Shown here in pieces: positions 1 through 7,863 of a stretch of 64,000 nucleotides of DNA. How positions within the stretch are numbered: position 1 is the first letter of the stretch; every line of letters starts with the position of its first letter. The stretch is taken from assembly GCA_003598025.1 (NCBI GenBank), contig QZKH01000003.1:106048-170047 (forward strand), written 5' to 3'. The DNA comes from Candidatus Omnitrophota bacterium. GTDB taxonomy: Bacteria > Omnitrophota > Gorgyraeia > Gygaellales > Profunditerraquicolaceae. The notes beneath the pieces are model-generated. The model saw only the letters and a program-made list of their open reading frames with translations, was not told where the DNA came from and searched no databases. The position numbers were made by a program, and so were the translations under genes.

Positions 1-382
1 ATCGGAGGCCGATTACATAAAAGTCGTTACAGTCAGCGAATATCTTAAAATGTTTGAACCAAGTAACAATATAAAACGCCTATGCGCAGGTTCCTGGATA
101 TTTGGCAACTTTGATAAGTGGATGAATAACCGCCACAAGGTAAAAGCATGGGAGTACCTTGCTCTGGCAAGGGCAAAGCTGGAGGAAGCAAGGGGAAGTT
201 TAGATAAGGAAAAATTAGAGTTGGCTGCCAAACAAATTCACATAGCAGAAGGCTCTGACTGGTTCTGGTGGTATGGAGAGGATCCTACCGGAGACTTTGA
301 TAAAATGTTCCGCATGCATCTCTCAAATTTCTACCGCATCATAGGAAAAGACATCCCGGGGTATTTGGAGAGGGAAATATAA
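1..382 (+). CDS. C-terminal fragment of a glycoside hydrolase family 57-like alpha-glucan enzyme (5' end outside window)
   Basis: Open frame from position 2 with no stop, so the gene starts upstream. The 'SDWFWWYGEDP' segment resembles GH57 C-terminal regions. A CBM48-containing gene lies downstream. Confidence 0.35.
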   Translation, partial: SEADYIKVVTVSEYLKMFEPSNNIKRLCAGSWIFGNFDKWMNNRHKVKAWEYLALARAKLEEARGSLDKEKLELAAKQIHIAEGSDWFWWYGEDPTGDFDKMFRMHLSNFYRIIGKDIPGYLEREI

Positions 383-390
383 ATTAGTTC

Positions 391-470
391 ATTGTTCATA
401 GATCATAGTTCATAGATTTTGGCAGTTTCCATGAACCATGAACCTTCAACCATGAACTAATTGCATAACC
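391..470. repeat. imperfect long palindrome built from gttcatNg / cNatgaac octamer repeats (module A)
   Basis: tagttcattgttcatagatcatagttcatag ... catgaaccatgaaccttcaaccatgaacta; the two arms are near reverse complements. Confidence 0.7.
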
Positions 471-510
471 TCTTGACATTAAACGAGTTTTTTGCTATAA
501 AAGCATAAAC

Positions 511-1071
511 ATGGACAAGAAAGATATATACGAACATCTGGCTAAAATATATCTGGATGCCTCCTCGAAACGCAAGAAAAAGGACACCAGGTATATAAGG
601 TTTAAGGCGCTATTTTTTGTAAGTTTGTGCTTCGTTTTTATCCTGGGTACAACATTAATTGTGGGTGTCCTTAAGGAAAAACCGAATAAATCGGAACTGG
701 CGCTTCTGCTGTCCGTTGACGCCGCAAAAATAAATTTCAATTTCAATCCCGCCAAAAAAGAAACTTTTACAATTAATTTAAATAAGCTAAATTTGGGCAG
801 GTACAAGGCTGTCGCTTTTTCAGTTAAAAAAGCCACTTATGATAATAAGATATCCTTAAGAGTGGATCTCGGCAACAATTTTAATGAACGTTCGGAAGTA
901 TACCTGCGGGATATACCTCATAAATGGAAAGAGTATGTTCTAAATTTTTCTGAATTTAAAAGTATCAGTGATTGGTCGGAAATGAAGGACATCGCTTTTT
1001 CAGTTGAACAGTGGAACGCCGAAAAAGATTCAGGTGTTATATATATAGATAATATCAGGTTCTTACGCTAA
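511..1071 (+). CDS. hypothetical membrane-anchored protein with C-terminal beta-rich domain
   Basis: 186-aa ORF with an N-terminal hydrophobic helix (FFVSLCFVFILGTTLIVGVL). No clear family match. Confidence 0.45.
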   Translation: MDKKDIYEHLAKIYLDASSKRKKKDTRYIRFKALFFVSLCFVFILGTTLIVGVLKEKPNKSELALLLSVDAAKINFNFNPAKKETFTINLNKLNLGRYKAVAFSVKKATYDNKISLRVDLGNNFNERSEVYLRDIPHKWKEYVLNFSEFKSISDWSEMKDIAFSVEQWNAEKDSGVIYIDNIRFLR

Positions 1072-1092
1072 TAGCGCTTAAGAAAGGAGCAA

Positions 1093-2178
1093 TTGATGCG
1101 TATAATTTCCGTTACAAACCAGAAGGGCGGATGCGGCAAAACGACTTCATCAATTAATCTGGCAGCAAGCCTTGCGGCTAACAATAAGAAAGTATTGCTT
1201 ATAGATTTAGACCCTCAGGCTCATGCGACATTCGGCTTAAGCGTTAAGGCTGATCTTAATATTTATAACGTCCTTTCTAAGATGACGCATAGAAAAGCAA
1301 AGCTTGGCGATATAATCAATAAAATAGATGATAATTTTGACCTTGCGCCTTCAAGCATAGTTTTAAGCACGCTTGAGCAGGAGTTAGCCAGCGAAATCGG
1401 CAGGGAGTCGCGTCTTTTAGACACCTTAAATAATTTCCGCGCTGATTATGATTACGTGTTAATCGATTGCCCTCCCAACCTCGGGATTTTGACGATAAAT
1501 GCCATGCGTGCGGCAAATGAGGTGATCATACCGGTAGAGGCTTCAAGGTTTGCCTTAGAAGGCGTAAGCCAGCTTGTTGAAATAATAAACCTTATCAGAG
1601 ACAGGCTTGGGCACTCCATAGACTATCATGTATTGGTCACTAATTTTGACTCAAGGCTCAGGCATTCTTTTATGCTTCTTGATAAAATAAGGATAACTTT
1701 TAAAGACAAATTATTCAGCACCATGATACATGTTAATGTAAAGTTAAAGGAAGCCCAGAACAGCGGCGCGCATATTCTAAAATATGATAAATATTGCCGT
1801 GGAGCCAAAGATTATTACAGTCTTTCCCGCGAAGTTATCCTGCAGGAAAGGACTCCCGGGACGTTTACCCCCGTGCTTGAGAAGCGCATGAAAGAGATAC
1901 TTAAGAAAGAATTACCTAAGCTTACGGAGGTTGTATTTGCTTTTAGCGCACCTGAGGCTAAAAACGTCTATATCGCCGGAGACTTTAATGGCTGGGCAAC
2001 CGATGAGAAGGCGCGTATGCAGCTTAACGATGGCAAATGGACCAAGAGGGTAAGCCTTAAGCCAGGCTCTTACCATTACCGTTTTGTAGTTGACGGAAAA
2101 TGGGTAGAAGATTTTAATAATCCATTAAGAGAAGAGAATCCTTATGGTGAAATGGATTCTATAGTAAAGATCGCGTAA
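1093..2178 (+). CDS. ParA/Soj-like deviant Walker-A ATPase fused to C-terminal CBM48 (AMPK-beta type) glycogen-binding domain
   Basis: KGGCGKTT deviant Walker A, DLDPQAHAT, CPPNLGILTINAM. C-terminus 'VVFAFSAPEAKNVYIAGDFNGWA...YHYRFVVDGKWVEDFNNP' is typical CBM48/AMPK1_CBM. RBS aaggag lies upstream. Confidence 0.85.
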   Translation: MMRIISVTNQKGGCGKTTSSINLAASLAANNKKVLLIDLDPQAHATFGLSVKADLNIYNVLSKMTHRKAKLGDIINKIDDNFDLAPSSIVLSTLEQELASEIGRESRLLDTLNNFRADYDYVLIDCPPNLGILTINAMRAANEVIIPVEASRFALEGVSQLVEIINLIRDRLGHSIDYHVLVTNFDSRLRHSFMLLDKIRITFKDKLFSTMIHVNVKLKEAQNSGAHILKYDKYCRGAKDYYSLSREVILQERTPGTFTPVLEKRMKEILKKELPKLTEVVFAFSAPEAKNVYIAGDFNGWATDEKARMQLNDGKWTKRVSLKPGSYHYRFVVDGKWVEDFNNPLREENPYGEMDSIVKIA

Positions 2179-2179
2179 T

Positions 2180-2497
2180 ATGACAGAAGATAGAGAGATC
2201 AGAGAAGGCAAGATATACGCAATGGTTGGCTATTGGTTATTTCTTTGCATTTTGCCTCTTTTGCTTAAAAAAGATAATAAATTTGCCGTGCACCACGGTA
2301 AGCAGGGGCTGGTTTTATTTATTTTTATTGTTGCTGCATTTATTTTTTACGTAATACCAATTTTAGGCCCGCTACTTTATCGTTTGGCTTCAGTTGTATA
2401 TTTTATCTGTTTTCTCTGGGGCAGCATAGAGGCATTAAGAGGCAGATATTGCCGCATCCCTATAATAGCTGATATTGCTGATAAGATAATACTTTAA
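2180..2497 (+). CDS. small integral membrane protein (DUF4870-like)
   Basis: 105 aa with 2-3 TM helices and an HHGKQG motif. Confidence 0.5.
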   Translation: MTEDREIREGKIYAMVGYWLFLCILPLLLKKDNKFAVHHGKQGLVLFIFIVAAFIFYVIPILGPLLYRLASVVYFICFLWGSIEALRGRYCRIPIIADIADKIIL

Positions 2498-2504
2498 AGT
2501 AGCT

Positions 2505-2999
2505 ATGCAGACCTTAGAGGCATTAAAGACCAGGCGCAGTGTCAGGGTATTTAAGCCAAAACCGATTGATGCCGGCTCTATTGAAGCAATACTGGAGGCA
2601 GGAGGCAATGCCCCCACAGCCAGGAATGTGCAACCCTGGGAATTCATAGTTGTGACAAAGAAGGAAGTCCTGCATGATATAGCTTCTTTGGCTGAAAATG
2701 GCCGTTTTATCAAAGATTCTGCCTGTTGTATAGCGGTGTTCTGTGATAATACTAAATATTACCTGGAAGATGGTTGTTCTGCTACGGTCAACATTTTAAA
2801 TGCCGCCCATGAGTTAGGTATAGGCAGCTGCTGGGTCGCAGGGGATAAGAAACCGTATTGTGAGAGCATAAGGCAGATGCTTGGGTGCCCGGCGCACCTG
2901 AAACTGGTAAGCTTAATCGCTTTGGGCTATCCGCAAGAGGTTCCCGTTCCGCCTGGCAAGAGGCCCTTGAATGAAATTATTCATAAGGATAAATTCTAA
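2505..2999 (+). CDS. nitroreductase family protein
   Basis: N-terminal 'LKTRRSVRVFKPKPID...NAPTARNVQPWEFIVV' is a classic nitroreductase signature. Confidence 0.8.
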   Translation: MQTLEALKTRRSVRVFKPKPIDAGSIEAILEAGGNAPTARNVQPWEFIVVTKKEVLHDIASLAENGRFIKDSACCIAVFCDNTKYYLEDGCSATVNILNAAHELGIGSCWVAGDKKPYCESIRQMLGCPAHLKLVSLIALGYPQEVPVPPGKRPLNEIIHKDKF

Positions 3000-3017
3000 G
3001 ACAGGAGGTGGCTGGAT

Positions 3018-3425
3018 ATGGTATTAAAAAAGAAGAAAAAAAATACCCCAAGAAAGCTATCTAAGAAGAAGGTCGTTAAAAAGAAGCCGGTCAGGAAAAA
3101 GATAACAAAAAAGAAAGCATCAGCTAAAAAGCCGGTTAAGAGAACTGCCAAGGTAAAGAAACCTGTTACAAAGGTTGCTAAAGAAGAAATACTCGGAGTA
3201 GTAACGCACTATTTTCCTAAAGTAAGAGCGGCTGTAATCAAGCTTAAGGGCCTGCTTTCCGTAGGCGACAAAATTAGGATTAAAGGCCATACAACAGATT
3301 TTACTCAAGTAGTCAATTCTATTCAGATTGACCACGTTGTAGTTAACCAGGCTAAAAAAGGCGCAGAAATAGGCCTTTTGGTGAATTCTCGGGTCAGGCA
3401 GCATGACGCTGTAACTAAAGCTTAA
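3018..3425 (+). CDS. lysine-rich (histone H1-like) basic N-terminal tail fused to a small conserved beta-barrel-like domain
   Basis: The first 55 aa are about 50% Lys with KKP/KKPV repeats. The C-terminal 80 aa are non-repetitive. RBS aggaggtgg lies upstream. Confidence 0.55.
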   Translation: MVLKKKKKNTPRKLSKKKVVKKKPVRKKITKKKASAKKPVKRTAKVKKPVTKVAKEEILGVVTHYFPKVRAAVIKLKGLLSVGDKIRIKGHTTDFTQVVNSIQIDHVVVNQAKKGAEIGLLVNSRVRQHDAVTKA

Positions 3426-3442
3426 AACAGGAGGATTTTAAA

Positions 3443-3634
3443 ATGAGGCTTTCAGAAATTGAGAAAAAAGCACGAGATCTGGGCATGAAGGAGACATGGA
3501 GGTTTTCAAAGAAAGAGTTAATTAAGAATATTCAGAAAAGAGAAGGTAATTTTGATTGCTTCGGCACTGCTAAGGGGTTTTGTGACCAGTTAGGGTGTGT
3601 ATGGAGAAGCGACTGCGTAAAGCAAGCCATATAA
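3443..3634 (+). CDS. small hypothetical protein with Cys-rich C-terminus
   Basis: 63-aa ORF with RBS aggagg 7 nt upstream. CFG..C..LGC...C pattern. Confidence 0.4.
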   Translation: MRLSEIEKKARDLGMKETWRFSKKELIKNIQKREGNFDCFGTAKGFCDQLGCVWRSDCVKQAI

Positions 3635-3650
3635 GAAAGGTTAAATTTGA

Positions 3651-3836
3651 ATGAAATACAATTGCCAGATCTGCAACAGGGAAATAGATGATTTTGTAAG
3701 CGTCACGCACATAAAAGCAGAGGAATATCTCTTAGAACTTATACGTAAAGACCACCCTGAATGGAAAGAGAAAGATAAGACTTGCCATAAGTGCGTTGAG
3801 TATTACCGCAGGCTCGTAAAGGATGCGGAAATCTAA
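3651..3836 (+). CDS. small zinc-ribbon protein
   Basis: CQIC...CHKC pair of CxxC motifs. 61 aa. Confidence 0.4.
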   Translation: MKYNCQICNREIDDFVSVTHIKAEEYLLELIRKDHPEWKEKDKTCHKCVEYYRRLVKDAEI

Positions 3837-3854
3837 TCAAAACTGGGGGTTTAT

Positions 3855-4139
3855 ATGCTTAGCCAATTAGTAAGTTTACCTTTATTCCTCATGGCCTTGG
3901 GCGTAGGTTATATAGTCCTATATTTTGCCAAGAGGGAAGAAGGCAGGTCTAGAATCTTAGGATACTTTGTATCTGTTTTTATCATAGTATTAAGTGCTAT
4001 GATAATAATCATTAATACGTTTCTGGGCATAAAAGCCAATTGTGCAATGAGCTCATATATGGCCAGGCATAAGTTAATGATGAAGACAGGGCCTATGCAT
4101 CAGCAGCAAATGCCCATTGTAGCGCCAGCCAAGAAATAA
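3855..4139 (+). CDS. small membrane protein
   Basis: Two predicted TM helices; RBS gggggt upstream. Confidence 0.4.
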   Translation: MLSQLVSLPLFLMALGVGYIVLYFAKREEGRSRILGYFVSVFIIVLSAMIIIINTFLGIKANCAMSSYMARHKLMMKTGPMHQQQMPIVAPAKK

Positions 4140-4184
4140 AACACGTAAGCTCATCCAAATAGCCTCAAAAAGCTGATATTTTTA

Positions 4185-4230
4185 GCAACACTGTTTATTT
4201 AAGTAAACAGTGTTGCAAACCTTTTATTAT
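4185..4230 (+). terminator. intrinsic terminator-like hairpin
   Basis: Perfect 13-bp stem gcaacactgttta/taaacagtgttgc, followed by a T-rich tract (cttttattat) after the operon ending at 4139. Confidence 0.5.
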
Positions 4231-4411
4231 CAATATAATACAGCTAGGGTTTATAATTTATCAATATTACTAAGCTATTATGTATATTAATAGATCAAAT
4301 CGTATGCATAAGTAAAGCAGGCTAGTTATGAACCTCATGTTTAACCCCTTATAACTCTTTTAACTTCAATAAGTTAAAAATTAATAAAAAATAACACAAT
4401 TATGACAAATT

Positions 4412-4427
4412 TGGCATGATTAATGCT
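4412..4427 (+). promoter_or_regulatory. candidate sigma-54 (-24/-12) promoter upstream of the polysaccharide export operon
   Basis: TGGCATGATTAATGCT against consensus TGGCACGnnnnTTGCW. The GG and GC are correctly spaced. It lies about 110 nt upstream of the first gene of the operon. Confidence 0.35.
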
Positions 4428-4540
4428 GTTATATTATTATCATGACAAAATTGAATATACATAGACATACTAGGACATACATAGACAATATAGGTAAGAT
4501 TTCCACAGGTTTAATTTAATTAAAGACAGGGAGGTTTAAG

Positions 4541-4753
4541 TTGGGAAACGGCAGAATGACAATAACGGATGTAGCTGACAGGATAGGAGTAACCCCTAAA
4601 ACCATCATGCGCTGGGAAAGAGCAGGCAAAGTAAGCCGCTCAAAGCGGGACTGGCGAGGCTGGAGAGTCTATGATAAAGACGGGCTTAGGGAACTTAAAA
4701 AATTCAAGGACACGCTTTATATCGAGGAGGATGGAAATGGTAAAACTGAATAA
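4541..4753 (+). CDS. small MerR/excisionase-type HTH DNA-binding protein
   Basis: 'MTITDVADRIGVTPKTIMRWERAGKV' is a MerR-like HTH. TTG start follows RBS gggagg. Confidence 0.6.
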   Translation: MGNGRMTITDVADRIGVTPKTIMRWERAGKVSRSKRDWRGWRVYDKDGLRELKKFKDTLYIEEDGNGKTE

Positions 4754-5531
4754 GTTTATTCTATTGGTTTTGTTAGTGACTTTTGTTTCAAATGTGCAGG
4801 TCATGGCGGAAGATGAGGTCAAGGTTATTGAAAGCCAGCCTGCTGTAAGCTCAGCCGTAACTAGCCAGGTTGCAAACGTTTCTAAACAGCCTGCCTTAGT
4901 AATGGCTGAACCTGTTAGGCCCGGAGTCAGCTTTGACCCGGTTAAATACACTCTTGGCCCGGATGATGTTATTGAGATTACGGTAATGCGCCATCCGGAG
5001 TTCAGCGGTATCTATCCGGTCAATCTTGAAGGAAAAATCCAGTATAAATTTGTCGGGGATTTGGATGTCAAAGGCATGACTAAAGACGAGCTCGCCGCAA
5101 AGATTAAAGACGCAATTACTGCATATGTTATAAGCCCGGAAGTAAGCGTAACAATCCTGGAATTTAAGAGCAAGGTAATATATGTAGTAGGCGAAGTGGG
5201 ACGGCCCGGAAAATATTTTATGAGGTCTGAGTCTATACCGGTAAGAGAAGCAGTAGTTGAAGCTGGCCTTCCTACATTAGCAGCTGCTATGCGCAGATGC
5301 AGGCTCATTACTCCTGATGCAAAAGGGAGGGTTAAAACAAAGTCTGTGGATTTATATTCCATACTTTACGGCGGCAACCTTAAATACAATTATGACATGC
5401 GCCCGGGTGATGTGTTATACGTTCCGGCAACTGTTATGGCTAAAATAGTCAGGGTAATAAACCCTGTAACAGCGCCTATATCTTCACTTAACTCCGGAGA
5501 TAGTGCTGCAACTTCTTTGGCCACAAGATGA
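4737..5531 (+). CDS. wza: polysaccharide export outer-membrane protein (Wza / Poly_export + SLBB), PEP-CTERM locus type
   Basis: Signal peptide, then 'PDDVIEITVMRHPEFSGIYPVNLEGKIQY...GMTKDELAAKIKDA' Poly_export domain and an SLBB repeat. The ATG at 4737 follows RBS gaggagg; the track ORF begins at 4671. Confidence 0.85.
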   Translation: MVKLNKFILLVLLVTFVSNVQVMAEDEVKVIESQPAVSSAVTSQVANVSKQPALVMAEPVRPGVSFDPVKYTLGPDDVIEITVMRHPEFSGIYPVNLEGKIQYKFVGDLDVKGMTKDELAAKIKDAITAYVISPEVSVTILEFKSKVIYVVGEVGRPGKYFMRSESIPVREAVVEAGLPTLAAAMRRCRLITPDAKGRVKTKSVDLYSILYGGNLKYNYDMRPGDVLYVPATVMAKIVRVINPVTAPISSLNSGDSAATSLATR

Positions 5532-5549
5532 AGATAAGGAGAAATATAC

Positions 5550-6863
5550 ATGGATAATCAGGAAATAGCTAATTACCGTAACCCGGTTGAATACCTTAAG
5601 GTATTCTTTAGAAGAAGATGGTTGTTTGTAACCCCGGTATTTATCGGCCTTGTGCTGGGCATAGTCGCTTCTTTTATGATCCGGCCGACATATGAGTCTT
5701 CTACTGTAATACTTGTGGAAGAGGAGAAAATAATCAATCCTCTTATTCAGGGGCTGGCTGTATCAACCTCGGTTGCCCAGAGGATGCGCACCATAAAAGA
5801 GCAGATATTAAGCTGGAGCAGCCTGGTCTCTCTTACGAACAAGCTAAATTTAGCTAAGAACGTTGATTCCCAGGCAGGGTTTGAGGGCCTTATTATGAAT
5901 TTAAGAAAAAACATTGTCGTCACGATGCGCGGGCCTAACCTCATAAAAATATCTTATTATAATTCTAACCCTCAGAAAACCTTGGCAATCGCCAAAACCC
6001 TCACGGATGTTTTTATTGAAGAAAACATGCGTTCACAGAGCAAGGAAACGGATGTCGCTATTGATTTTATAAAAGACCAGCTTGAGGTTTATAAAAGGAA
6101 GATAAAAGAATCTGAAATAGGAAAATTAGAAGATGATTTGCGAAGCCTGCTGGTTGATTCTACTGAAGCGCATCCTATGGTAAAAGAATTAAGGCAAAGG
6201 ATCGCAATAGCAAAAAAAGAGCTTGAGGCAGGAGATTATAAAGTCTCTGATAAGGACCTGCCTATAGCAACCCCGGCTTACGAAGCGCTTAAACAGGAAC
6301 TTGATAAGATGACCGGTTCTGATATAGCTACCGCAGTTGCGCCTTTAGCATATTCTCCCGTGCAACAGACAAACCAGGTTTCTCCGGATTCGGTTTACAA
6401 GCTGTTAGTTATGGATAAGCTTGATTCAGCTTTGGGCAGGGACATGCGTGTTAATGAAAATATATATAATATGTTATTGCAGAAATTAGAGACAGCAAAG
6501 ATTACTAAACGCCTTGAAGCCTCCAAAGAAGGCACTCGTTATACAATAGTTGACCCTCCCAGGCTTCCGCTTAAACCTTCAAAGCCTAACAAATTGCTTG
6601 TTATATTCATAGGTATATTTTTGGGTGGTTTTCTAGGCACCGGCCTTGTATTTGGGAAAGAATTCTTAGACCAGTCTTTCCTTGATATTGATGATGCAAA
6701 AAATAATTTGGAATTGCCGGTCTTGGGGGCGATATCCAGGCTTACTACACAGGAAGAAATTGAGAAGGAGAAGCTAAAGCAGAAGAAATTTGTCACCATT
6801 GGCCTATCGGCAAGCGGAATATTGATTTTGATAGTTATGCTTATATCATTCTTCAGGAAATAA
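5550..6863 (+). CDS. polysaccharide chain-length determinant (Wzz/GumC family, PEP-CTERM locus subfamily)
   Basis: N-terminal 'RRRWLFVTPVFIGLVLGIV' TM region followed by a Wzz domain, a coiled-coil periplasmic region and a C-terminal TM. Confidence 0.8.
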   Translation: MDNQEIANYRNPVEYLKVFFRRRWLFVTPVFIGLVLGIVASFMIRPTYESSTVILVEEEKIINPLIQGLAVSTSVAQRMRTIKEQILSWSSLVSLTNKLNLAKNVDSQAGFEGLIMNLRKNIVVTMRGPNLIKISYYNSNPQKTLAIAKTLTDVFIEENMRSQSKETDVAIDFIKDQLEVYKRKIKESEIGKLEDDLRSLLVDSTEAHPMVKELRQRIAIAKKELEAGDYKVSDKDLPIATPAYEALKQELDKMTGSDIATAVAPLAYSPVQQTNQVSPDSVYKLLVMDKLDSALGRDMRVNENIYNMLLQKLETAKITKRLEASKEGTRYTIVDPPRLPLKPSKPNKLLVIFIGIFLGGFLGTGLVFGKEFLDQSFLDIDDAKNNLELPVLGAISRLTTQEEIEKEKLKQKKFVTIGLSASGILILIVMLISFFRK

Positions 6864-6887
6864 GCATAGGAAAGGAAGTATATTAAG

Positions 6888-7697
6888 ATGTACGAGAAGT
6901 TTTATGGATTTAACGAAAAGCCGTTTAACACTACACCTGATTCAAGGTATTTCTTCCCCAGCCCGAAACACACTGAGGCGCTTAACAGCCTTATCTACGC
7001 TATAAATGAGCGCAGGGGTTTTGTGGTCGTAACCGGAGAGATAGGCGTAGGAAAGACTACTGTCTGGCGCACTGTCTTAAGCAAGCTTGATGCTAATACT
7101 AAAGTAGCTACTATTACCAATACCCATCTTACCTGTAAAGAGCTTATTGCCCAGATACTTGATGAGCTTGAGGTTGATTATACTCCGGGCACGAAACAAA
7201 AGCTGCTTGCGCAGTTAAATCATTATCTTATACAGCAGCTGGAAAACGATATTAATGTTGTTTTGCTGATAGATGAAGCGCAGAATTTAAGCTTTACGGC
7301 TCTTGAGGAAGTAAGGATGCTTTCAAACTTAGAGACTGAAAGGGAAAAACTAATCCAGATAATACTTATAGGACAGCCTCAGTTAAAAGAAAAATTGAAT
7401 AATCCAAAATTAGAGCAATTTAAGCAGAGGATCGCCGTTTATTACCATATGTCAGGATTAAGCAAGCAGGAAACTGAAGATTATATCCTGCACAGGCTTA
7501 AAATAGCAAGCTCAAACGGCGCAGGTTTCTTTAGCCCTGAGGCATTAAATTCGATATATACCCATTCAAGAGGCATCCCGCGAATTATTAACCTTATGTG
7601 TGACAGCGCGCTGCTTTCAGGGTATGTTTATGACACAAAGCAGATTACGGATAAGATTGTTAGTGAAGTGGTTAAGGAGAGGGAACTAGTTATTTAA
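6888..7697 (+). CDS. ExeA/GspA-like AAA ATPase (PEP-CTERM locus putative secretion ATPase)
   Basis: 'FYGFNEKPFNTTPDSRYFFPSPKHTEAL...VVVTGEIGVGKTT' is an ExeA-type N-terminus with Walker A. Confidence 0.8.
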   Translation: MYEKFYGFNEKPFNTTPDSRYFFPSPKHTEALNSLIYAINERRGFVVVTGEIGVGKTTVWRTVLSKLDANTKVATITNTHLTCKELIAQILDELEVDYTPGTKQKLLAQLNHYLIQQLENDINVVLLIDEAQNLSFTALEEVRMLSNLETEREKLIQIILIGQPQLKEKLNNPKLEQFKQRIAVYYHMSGLSKQETEDYILHRLKIASSNGAGFFSPEALNSIYTHSRGIPRIINLMCDSALLSGYVYDTKQITDKIVSEVVKERELVI

Positions 7698-7855
7698 TCG
7701 TGAGCTATCAGCTGTCAGCTCTCAGCTCTCAGCAAGCTGTGGTCTGTTGTCCGTCGACTGTGGACTAGCGAGCTATTAGCAGTTACGCAATACTCTATAC
7801 GCTAAACGCTATACGCAATACGCCGTACGCATAACGCAATACGAAAACAAGGAGA
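7698..7855. repeat. mosaic low-complexity repeat element (modules B-G-C), ending in a 23-nt leader shared with 9147-9169
   Basis: cagctgtcagctctcagc; gtggtctgttgtccgtcgactgtggac; tacgcaatac/ctatacgctaaacgctatacgc runs. Confidence 0.8.
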
Positions 7856-7863
7856 CCAAAGAA

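Noticed and set aside
495-836. Antisense or alternative-frame ORFs listed in the six-frame track inside confidently assigned genes (for example 495-836 -, 1316-1516 -, 5012-5362 -, 22004-22318 +, 39697-40257 -, 43413-43760 +, 54839-55090 +, 56484-56895 +)
   Set aside because: They fall entirely within genes that have strong family signatures on the other strand or frame. Their translations are low-complexity and they lack an RBS or start-codon context.
4671-4736. N-terminal 22-aa extension of the Wza ORF as given in the track
   Set aside because: It overlaps the HTH gene in another frame. An ATG with a good RBS (gaggagg) at 4737 gives a clean signal peptide.
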